Part shown: in pieces, positions 25,108 through 32,000 of the stretch
Numbering within the stretch: position 1 is the stretch's first letter
Layout: every line of letters starts with the position of its first letter
DNA from: Longivirga aurantiaca
GTDB lineage: Bacteria; Actinomycetota; Actinomycetes; S36-B12; CAIYMF01
Length of the DNA stretch: 32,000 nt
NCBI RefSeq assembly: GCF_042660085.1
Contig: NZ_JBHSTI010000003.1
Coordinates: forward strand, 1 to 32,000
Direction of reading: 5' to 3'
Translations under genes and position numbers: made by a program
Notes under the pieces: generated by a model
What the model was told of the DNA's origin: nothing
The model's input: only the letters and a program-made list of their open reading frames with translations
Database searches by the model: none

Positions 25108-26694
25108 GTGACCTCTCGCCCGAACCGACTGTTCCCGGGCTCGCGCACCCGGCGTGTGCTCCACGGGTCGGCGGCACTCATATCGGTTGCGCTGCTCGCC
25201 GCCTGCACGCAGGCCCCGGACCCCGGCACGTCGGTCACGCCCACCACTACGCCGAGCGGCTCGTCGTCCGAGTCGCCGTCGTCGGGCGGTGACGGGCTCG
25301 CGCAGTTCTACGGCCAGAAGATCGCGTGGAAGGGCTGCGGCGGGTCGTTCCGCTGCGCCGATCTCACGGTGCCGCTCGACTACTCCCAGCCCGACGGCGA
25401 CACCCTCGCCATCGCCCTCATCAAGCTGCCCGCGGCCGACGAGGCCAACCGCATCGGCTCGCTCGTGCTCAACCCCGGCGGCCCCGGCAGCTCGGGCGTC
25501 GACTACGCGCGCGCAGCCCGCGCCGTCGTCGACGAGAAGGTGCGCGACGTCTACGACGTCGTCGGCTTCGACCCGCGAGGCGTGGGCAGGTCGGACGCCG
25601 TGAAGTGCCTGACGGACGCGCAGACCGACGCCTTCATGGCAGCCGACGCGACGCCCGACACCCCCGAGGAGGTCGCGCAGCTCGAGAAGGACTCGAAGAA
25701 GTTCGCCGACGCCTGCGCGAAGAACTCCTCGAAGCTGCTCGCCCACATCGGCACCGAGAACGCCGCCCGCGACATCGACGTGCTGCGCGCGGCGCTCGGC
25801 GACAAGCAGCTCAACTGGCTCGGCGCGTCGTACGGCACGCTGCTCGGAGCGACGTACGCCGGCCTCTTCCCGGACAAGGTCGGCCGGATGGTGCTCGACG
25901 GCGCGCTCGACCCGGCGCTGTCGAACAACGAGCTCTTGCACGGCCAGGCCAAGGGCTTCGAGCTCGCGTTGCAGCACTTCGTCGAGGACTGCGCCAAGCA
26001 AGCCGACTGCCCGCTGCCGCGCGACGAGCAGGCCGGCGTCGACCGCATCAAGCAGTTCCTCGACGACCTCGACGCGAACCCGCTCGCCACCGGCGACCCG
26101 AAGCGCCCGCTGACCCAGGCGCTCGCGGCCAACGCGATCCTCGGCTATCTCTACGTGCCGCCGTTCGACTGGGAGCAGCTGCGCTTCGGCCTGCAGCTCG
26201 CCTTCGAGGGCGACGGCTCGGTGCTGCTGTCGATGCTCGACGCGCGCGTGCAGCGGACCGAGGACGGGAAGTTCGCCTACAACCCCTACTCGTCGTTCCT
26301 GTCGATCAGCGCCGTCGACCGGCCGGACCGACCGACGACGGCGGAGTCGGCCGACATGGCCGCGATGTGGGAGAAGGAGTCGCCGGTCTTCGGCGCTTAC
26401 CTCGGCTGGGGCACCCTCGTCTTCGGCTACTGGCCGGTCGAGGCGACCGGCACGCCGGGCGAGATCACGGCGCCCGGCACCGGGCCGATCCTCGTCGTCG
26501 GCACCACGTACGACCCGGCCACGCCGTACCCCTGGGCGCAGGCCCTTGCCAAGCAGCTCGAGGGCGGTGTGCTCCTGACCCGCGTCGGCGACGGGCACAC
26601 GGCGTACGGCATGGGGTCGCCCTGCATCGACGAGGCGATCGACACCTACCTGGTGACCGGTGAGCCGCCGGCCGACGGCACCATCTGCCGCTGA
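25108..26694 (+). CDS. Secreted lipoprotein alpha/beta hydrolase, tripeptidyl-aminopeptidase-like
   Basis: Signal peptide with lipobox LLAAC, GASYGTLLGATYAGLFP nucleophile motif, VGDGHTAYGM C-terminal His. Confidence 0.88.
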   Translation: MTSRPNRLFPGSRTRRVLHGSAALISVALLAACTQAPDPGTSVTPTTTPSGSSSESPSSGGDGLAQFYGQKIAWKGCGGSFRCADLTVPLDYSQPDGDTLAIALIKLPAADEANRIGSLVLNPGGPGSSGVDYARAARAVVDEKVRDVYDVVGFDPRGVGRSDAVKCLTDAQTDAFMAADATPDTPEEVAQLEKDSKKFADACAKNSSKLLAHIGTENAARDIDVLRAALGDKQLNWLGASYGTLLGATYAGLFPDKVGRMVLDGALDPALSNNELLHGQAKGFELALQHFVEDCAKQADCPLPRDEQAGVDRIKQFLDDLDANPLATGDPKRPLTQALAANAILGYLYVPPFDWEQLRFGLQLAFEGDGSVLLSMLDARVQRTEDGKFAYNPYSSFLSISAVDRPDRPTTAESADMAAMWEKESPVFGAYLGWGTLVFGYWPVEATGTPGEITAPGTGPILVVGTTYDPATPYPWAQALAKQLEGGVLLTRVGDGHTAYGMGSPCIDEAIDTYLVTGEPPADGTICR

Positions 26695-26816
26695 CCTGCG
26701 GTTTCGCTCCCGTTCACGGGTGCAGCGGTCGGCCGCGAACGGCGTACGGCCGATTCGGAGGCATGGCCGGGGGTCGGGTATCGTTCCGACTCGTGCTCGC
26801 CGCCTGCGGCGACCAC

Positions 26817-26890
26817 GCCGCCTTAGCTCAGTCGGTCAGAGCGACGCACTCGTAATGCGTAGGTCATCGGTTCGATTCCGATAGGCGGCT
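26817..26890 (+). tRNA. tRNA-Thr (anticodon CGT), CCA encoded at 26891-26893
   Basis: Full cloverleaf read by eye: GCCGCCT/AGGCGGC acceptor, GCTC/GAGC, ACGCA-CTCGTAA-TGCGT, ATCGG-TTCGATT-CCGAT. Confidence 0.97.
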
Positions 26891-26894
26891 CCAC

Positions 26895-26927
26895 AGCGCC
26901 ACCTGCGGTGATACCGCCGGTGGCGCT
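26895..26927. terminator. Hairpin between tRNA-Thr and the convergent integrase stop
   Basis: AGCGCCACC-T-GCGGT-GAT-ACCGC-C-GGTGGCGCT-TTC: 9-bp plus 5-bp stem. Confidence 0.75.
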
Positions 26928-26928
26928 T

Positions 26929-28071
26929 TCAATTGGGCTGGCTTTCCGGGTCACTCGTCCCCATCTCGTCCCCGATCATCGTGTCGAGCCTGCGAACGGC
27001 GCTGTTGAGGTGGTCGGCGGACAGCAGGTGCCCGTAGGTGTCGTGGGTGGTCCGGCTGGACTGGTGGCCGAGCAGCGACTGGACGCTCTTGAGGTCGGCG
27101 CCGGCGGCGATGAATAGCGACGCCGCCGTGTGGCGCAGGTCGTGGGGCCGGTGACCGACAGCGGTCGTCCAACCGACGGCGCGCCTCCAGTTCGACTCGC
27201 TGATCAAGCCGCCGCCGGGTGCCGAGAAGAGCGGCTCATTATGGCCCTTGCCTTCCATGCGGGCGAGCACCAGCGGCACGGCGGCGTTGGCGACGGGGAC
27301 GCTCCGGCGCCGGCGCCCCTTGGGGTACGGCTTCAGGCTGGCTTTGCCTCCGCCGTGGTCGTAGATGACGGTCCGGCTCACGTCCAGCGTCATGGTCGTC
27401 CCTCCCGTGACGGAGGTGCCGATCATGACGTCGCCGACGCGCAGCCCCGCGACCTCGCCCCAGCGAAGGCCGGTGAGGCCGAGCACCAGCGTGATGTCTG
27501 CCTGCGGGCTGCGTTCAAGCTGCTCCTGGTACAGCGCGCGGAGGGCTGTGAGCGTGAGGGGTCGTGCCCGCTGAGCCTGTTCATCTCGGCCGCGTCCGGG
27601 TGCGCGGCGGACGGTGACGTCGGAGGCGACGTTCTGGGTGATCCGGCCGTCGCGGGTGGCGAAGCTGAGCAGGGCCTTGAGCGTGGCAAGGACGCGCGTC
27701 GCCGTTGCCGGCGACAGCCGCTTGTCGCTGACCAGGGTGCGGGCGAACTCCTCGACGTCGGTGCGCCGAATGACGCCGATGGGCTTCTTGCCGAGGGTGG
27801 GCAGGATGTGGACGGCGAGTGCGCTCTGGTCGCTCTGGAAGGTTCGGCGTTCGACCTGAGGCTCGCGCACCGGCAGCCACTGCGCGGCGAGCTCGGCGAG
27901 CGTCGCCCGGCCCAGGGCGGGATCGACCCAGCCCGAGCTGTCGATGCGGGCGCGCTGCTGCCGCTCCCAGGCTTCGGCCTGGCGGCGCTGCGCGAAGGTC
28001 TGGTCGGCGACGACGCGGCCGCGGACCTTCACGCGGACGCGGTAGCGGCCCGCCTCGGTCTTGTTGATCAT
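26929..28071 (-). CDS. int: Tyrosine recombinase / site-specific integrase
   Basis: 380 aa; GLTGLRWGE, HDLRHTAAS, LLGHQSSRTTHDTYGHL (R...HxxR...H...Y); 3' end abuts tRNA-Thr. Confidence 0.96.
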   Translation of the reverse strand: MINKTEAGRYRVRVKVRGRVVADQTFAQRRQAEAWERQQRARIDSSGWVDPALGRATLAELAAQWLPVREPQVERRTFQSDQSALAVHILPTLGKKPIGVIRRTDVEEFARTLVSDKRLSPATATRVLATLKALLSFATRDGRITQNVASDVTVRRAPGRGRDEQAQRARPLTLTALRALYQEQLERSPQADITLVLGLTGLRWGEVAGLRVGDVMIGTSVTGGTTMTLDVSRTVIYDHGGGKASLKPYPKGRRRRSVPVANAAVPLVLARMEGKGHNEPLFSAPGGGLISESNWRRAVGWTTAVGHRPHDLRHTAASLFIAAGADLKSVQSLLGHQSSRTTHDTYGHLLSADHLNSAVRRLDTMIGDEMGTSDPESQPN

Positions 28072-28171
28072 GGTGAGACTCCTGGAGCACGGTTTCCTCC
28101 GGTATCGCAGCCACCGCCGACAGCGGACAAGCAGTGGGCGCGCCGGCCTGTGGACGACACGCGGAGATCGC

Positions 28172-28405
28172 TCAGCGCTGGCGGTCGGCGACGCTGGGCG
28201 CAGCCTCCGTCAGCACCTCGCCGTCCAGCACCCGCCGAAGGCAGGCGGTGGGGATGCGGATGAGCTTGCCCATGCGCACGACCGGGGTGGGCCAGGCGCC
28301 GGTGCGGACAAGCTCGTAGGCCAGCCCGCGACCGATGCCCAGGACGCTTGCAGCTGTGGGGAGGTCGACGAGAGGCGGGAGCTGCGCGAGTTCGATGTGG
28401 GTCAT
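28172..28405 (-). CDS. Small helix-turn-helix protein, AlpA/excisionase-like
   Basis: 77 aa from ATG 28405 with CAGGAG SD; VDLPTAASVLGIGRGLAYELVRTGAWPTPVVRMGKLIRIPTACLRRVL. Confidence 0.8.
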   Translation of the reverse strand: MTHIELAQLPPLVDLPTAASVLGIGRGLAYELVRTGAWPTPVVRMGKLIRIPTACLRRVLDGEVLTEAAPSVADRQR

Positions 28406-28495
28406 GGGCGTCTCCTGGCGGGTGGGTGCCACCTGGCAGCGGCAGGTACCACCAGGTGCGCGTCGAGAGGCCTCGACACGCATCGGCCGCTGCCC

Positions 28496-28688
28496 GAGTC
28501 CGTCACCGAGTCCGTCACGGACTCCGTCATCAGTGGACGATGGTGCGTGACTCCGTCACCAACTCCGTCACCGACTCCGTCACGACATGGACGGTGGCGC
28601 CGGCGCTGTCATGGAGTCCGTCACCGACTCCGTCACGGCGTCAAGGGCGGTGCCGGCGCTGTCATGGAGTCCGTCACCGACTCCGTCA
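28496..28688 (+). repeat. Array of 10 copies of a 10-mer (G/A)A(G/C)TCCGTCA in 12-bp phase, grouped 3+3+2+2
   Basis: Copies begin at 28496, 28508, 28520, 28549, 28561, 28573, 28614, 28626, 28667, 28679. Confidence 0.93.
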
Positions 28689-28859
28689 GTGCGTCCATGG
28701 GCTCCCGCACGTTGAGGACCCCGACTCCGGCCGCGGCATCGAGGTCGTTGCCTCGCTGTTTGATCGACGCATTCGGCTTCGCGTGTTGTCCACAGGTGGG
28801 CACGTGACGTTGACGCGGGTTCGTTCGCCATCGGTCACCTTGGCGAACTGGAGGCCACC

Positions 28860-29222
28860 ATGGACGACGTCGACGATGCGGGAGCCCCCGCGCGGGCGGC
28901 GCTGGAGATTGCTTTGGTGGGCCTTCTGGCCGATCTGCGCCGGCACAGGCGCGACCACGTCGTGTCCCTCGGCGTCGTCGGCGCCACGGGGCGCCTGAGC
29001 GCCATCCTGCAGACTCTGAGCACGAGGACGACGGGCCACGGCGTGCGCTCCGGCGGGCCGGCCGAGCGCTTGGTGTCGGCGCGTGCCGCCGTGGCCTTCC
29101 TGGTCGACGACGCCGAAGCCTTGGGGCTGTCAGCCCACCTGCTCCTGCTGCTGGCCCGGGCGGCGCACGCTCTCTCGGAGGCCGAACGCGTGCTCCTCCC
29201 GGGCTCCTGGGAATCAAGCTGA
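28860..29222 (+). CDS. Hypothetical protein (120 aa)
   Basis: GGAGG SD 6-7 nt before ATG; plausible composition (ALEIALVGLLADLRRHRRDHVVSLG...LSAHLLLLLARAAHALSEAE). Confidence 0.6.
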   Translation: MDDVDDAGAPARAALEIALVGLLADLRRHRRDHVVSLGVVGATGRLSAILQTLSTRTTGHGVRSGGPAERLVSARAAVAFLVDDAEALGLSAHLLLLLARAAHALSEAERVLLPGSWESS

Positions 29223-29517
29223 CCGGCGAGTGGACCACCCGACCGCTGGCGCCGGGGTATCCAGATACCAGTGTGTGCGGCGTTCTAGGTCTTGCCCGTG
29301 ACGGAGTCGGCGGCCGTCATCGTTCGCCTTGTGGCTCGGCTCCTGACGCCCGCAAGGCGCACCGCAACTGCACGAGGGGCCAGTTGACCGCACCGCTCGA
29401 GCCGTGCCGGGTTGTGACATCTGCTGCGGCATGGTTTGGGCGCCAGAGTGCCTGCTGTGGCTGCGGAATCGGGCCGCGACGGCCGAATGCTCCTTGGAGC
29501 CAGAGGAGTGGACGCTG

Positions 29518-29740
29518 CCGATCTTGATCGTTTCACCGTGGTGGTGAGAATGGGTGGGTCACTCGGCGACGTCGTAAAGACTCTGGTGCGGCTGAGCCCG
29601 TAGAACAGTGCGGTGCGGGGTGCCCGGGTCGCCGGATTGCTGCCGTTGAGCGCGTGGGTCTGTCTCCCGTCCAGAGCTCCCTCCGGGTGGCGCCGTGGCG
29701 CCGGTGCAGTGCCGGGGCCATGAGGGTGCGGAGGCGCGTG
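29518..29740 (+). ncRNA. Candidate bridge/seek RNA region in the 5' non-coding end of IS110 copy 1
   Basis: ~220 nt non-coding leader strongly conserved with 31073-31276, with interspersed variable blocks; family precedent for IS110 leader RNAs. Confidence 0.45.
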
Positions 29741-30970
29741 ATGGATGTCGTCTTCGATCGGGTGGCGGGGCTCGATATCGGGAAGAAGCTGGTGGTGGTG
29801 TGCGTGCGCACACCGGGGGAGCGGGGGCGGCGGGTCTCGCAGATCCGCACGTTCCGCACGATGACCCGCCACGTCGAGGTGCTGGGCGAGTGGCTGGTCG
29901 AGGAGGGTGTGCAGGTCGCGGCGATGGAGTCGACCGCCACCTACTGGAAGCCGGTGTTCTACGGCTTGGAGGACCGGGTGGAGTGCTGGCTACTCAACGC
30001 GGCTCACATGAAGGCGGTGCCGGGCCGCAAGACCGACGTGCGTGACGCGGAGTGGATCGCGCAGTTGGTCGAGCACGGGCTGGTGCGGCCCTCGTTCGTG
30101 CCTCCGCCGTCGGTGCGCCGGCGGCGGAACCTGACCCGCTACCGGGTGCAGCTGATGGGTGACCGGACCCGGCATGCGGGCAGGCTGGAGAAGCTGCTCG
30201 AGGATGCCTCGATCAAGCTGTCGTCGGTGGCCTCGAACATCACCGTGACCTCCTCGCGGGAGATGCTGGCCGCGCTGGTGGCCGGTGACCGGGACCCTTC
30301 GGTGATGGCCGACATGGCGCACTCCTCGCTGCGCCGCAAGATCCCTGACCTGACCGAGGCGCTGATCGGCCGGTTCGACGATCACCACGCGCTGCTGGTG
30401 GGGGCGATGCTGCGTGAGCTCGACCTGGTCGATGAGGCGCTGGTCCGGCTCGATGCGCAGATCGAGGCGGAGATGACGCCGTGGGCCCACGAGCTCGATC
30501 TGCTGCGCACGATCCCCGGGATCGGTCCGGTGGTGTCCCAGGCGTTCATCGCCGAGACCGGCGGGGACATGTCCCGGTTCGGGTCGCCGGAGTCGCTGGC
30601 GGCGTGGGTCGGTGTCGCACCTGCGGTGCACGAGTCCGCCGGCAAGCGCACACCCGCCGGCTCGCGGCGGGGCAACAAGTGGCTGACCGCGGCGCTGGTC
30701 GAGGGTGCGCACTCCGCAGCGCAGTCCAACGGGACCTACCTCGCCGCTCAGTACGCGCGCCTGGCCTCGCGTCGCAGCGGCAAGCGCGCTGCGGTGGCGG
30801 TCGCGCACTCCATGCTCGTCTCGGCCTAGTGGATGCTGGTCCGTGACGAGCCCTACCAGGACCTCGGCCCTGACTGGTTGTCCAAGCGCAACGACCAGGC
30901 GCACACCCGACGCCTGGTCGCGCAGCTCGAGCGGCTCGGCCACACCGTCGTCCTGGACCCCGTCGCCTAA
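29741..30970 (+). pseudogene. IS110-family transposase with in-frame premature UAG at 30827-30829
   Basis: DVVFDRVAGLDIGKK, MESTATYWKP, KTDVRDAEWIAQL, ESAGKRTPAGSRRGNKWL; same frame continues past the UAG as WMLVRDEPYQDLGPDWLSKRNDQAHTRRLVAQLERLGHTVVLDPVA to TAA 30970. Confidence 0.8.
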
Positions 30971-31072
30971 CACCTACGACCGCCGGAAACCGTTCCGGGC
31001 CAGTTCATCCGGGCTGCGCCCGGATGCTGTCGCGCCCTGGTGCACTTCATTCTCGGGTCAGTCCGCGCTGGC

Positions 31073-31276
31073 GATCTTGATCGTTGGGTTGTGGGGATGA
31101 GAATGGTGGGGCCGCTCGGCGACGCCCTTTCACTCTGGTGCCGGAGAGCCCGAAGAAGAGTCCGGTGCGGGGACCTCGGGTGTGTCGAAGTTGTTGCTGC
31201 GAGCACGTGGGTCTGTATCCATGGCAGAGGTCCCTCCGGGTGGCGTCTCGTTCGCTGATGGTCGGGGGTGGTCGTG
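31073..31276 (+). ncRNA. Candidate bridge/seek RNA region of IS110 copy 2
   Basis: GATCTTGATCGTT...ACTCTGGTGC...GGTGCGGGG...CGTGGGTCTGT...TCCCTCCGGGTGGCG blocks shared with copy 1. Confidence 0.4.
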
Positions 31277-32000
31277 ATGGATGTGTTGTTCGGCCGGGTT
31301 GCCGGGATCGATGTCGGCAAGGCGACGGTGACGGTGTGCGTGCGGACACCGGGCACCGGTCGTCGGAAACGCGGATGTTCGGCGACGATGACCAGGTCGC
31401 TGGTGGTGATGGCGGACTGGCTCGAGGAGTGCGGTGTGACGCTGATGGCGATGGAGTCGACCGCGACGTACTGGAAGCCGACCTTCTACTGTCTCGAGGA
31501 AGGGATGGAGTGCTGGCTGCTCAACGCCGCGTATATGAAGGCGGTCCCCGGCCGCAAGACCGATGTGCGTGATGCGGAGTGGATCGCTCAGCTCCTGGAA
31601 CACGGGCTGGTGAGTCCGTCGTTCGTGCCGCAGCCGGAGGTCCGCACCTTGCGGAACCTGACGCCGTACCGGCTCCAGCTGATGGGGGATCGGACCCGGG
31701 CCGCGGGTCGGTTGGAGAAGCTGCTCGAGGCGCCTCGATCAAGCTGTCGGTGGTCGCGTCGAACATCACCGCGACGTCGTCGCGGGAGATGCTCGCTGCG
31801 CTGGTGGCCGGCGAGCGGGACGCGGCGGTGATGGCCGACCTCGCGCACTCACGCTGCGGCGCAAGATCCCGATCTGACCGATGCGTTGACCGGGCGCTTC
31901 GACGATCACCACGCGGCGATCGTCGGGCAGCGGCAACCAAACTGGAGCAGACCGAGACCGGACTTCGGGGCATCGACGCCGAGCTCGAGATCCGGATGGT
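31277..32000 (+). pseudogene. Frameshifted IS110-family transposase (truncated by window end)
   Basis: In frame from MDVLFGRVAGIDVGK to GRLEKLLE, then a 1-nt deletion relative to copy 1 at ~31729 and further indels near ~31853-31872. Confidence 0.8.

Larger units (their letters stand above)
29509..31065 (+). mobile_element. IS110-family insertion sequence, copy 1 (approximate ends)
   Basis: Contains DEDD/Tnp20-type transposase; left end inferred from where homology with copy 2 begins; right end inferred only from the start of copy 2. Confidence 0.7.
31066..32000 (+). mobile_element. IS110-family insertion sequence, copy 2, degenerate, runs off the window edge
   Basis: Same leader and transposase architecture as copy 1, head-to-tail, about 1555 bp downstream. 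Confidence 0.7.

Noticed and set aside
28496-28688. CRISPR array interpretation of the repeated GACTCCGTCA motif
   Set aside because: Repeat unit is only 10-12 bp, spacing is 12 bp without spacer-like unique 25-40 nt inserts, and no cas genes are present.
28061-28998. Low-complexity protein with SVTESVTDSVT repeats encoded across the array
   Set aside because: The repeat changes reading frame between groups (29 and 41 bp steps), and every frame outside the repeats is Arg/Pro-rich junk-like; constraint is at DNA level.

Overview
High-GC actinobacterial chromosome segment. (1) ~0.4-10.5 kb: an oxidative cluster with a mycothiol-dependent maleylpyruvate isomerase-family protein, an FAD ferredoxin reductase, a cytochrome P450, a PDR/VanB-type reductase, a Rieske-oxygenase homologue and an acetoacetate decarboxylase-family protein. 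It is followed by a large AAA/LuxR-type regulator overlapping a single-domain globin gene. (2) ~10.6-26.9 kb: a mostly housekeeping block (topA, transglutaminase-like, spermidine-synthase-like, DUF5701-like, tmk, holB, PSP1/RicT-like, tap-like lipoprotein hydrolase, tRNA-Thr(CGT)), with icmF/marR, a hypothetical gene and an alpha/beta hydrolase lying between holB and the PSP1 gene. (3) From ~26.9 kb to the window end: one side of an element integrated at tRNA-Thr, with a tyrosine integrase, an AlpA/excisionase-like protein, an array of 10 short repeats in 12-bp phase, a small hypothetical gene and two head-to-tail IS110-family elements. One IS110 transposase has a premature UAG and the other is frameshifted. 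The most interesting signals are: the Rieske homologue lacks one Rieske His (CxH-X16-CxxC) and both canonical mononuclear-iron His ligands, while sitting beside a P450 and reductase; the 12-bp-phased repeat array; the paired conserved non-coding leaders of the IS110 elements (candidate bridge/seek RNAs); two families of short dispersed palindromic repeats; and near-perfect palindromes at the icmF/marR and P450 promoters. All calls come from reading the sequence; no searches were run.
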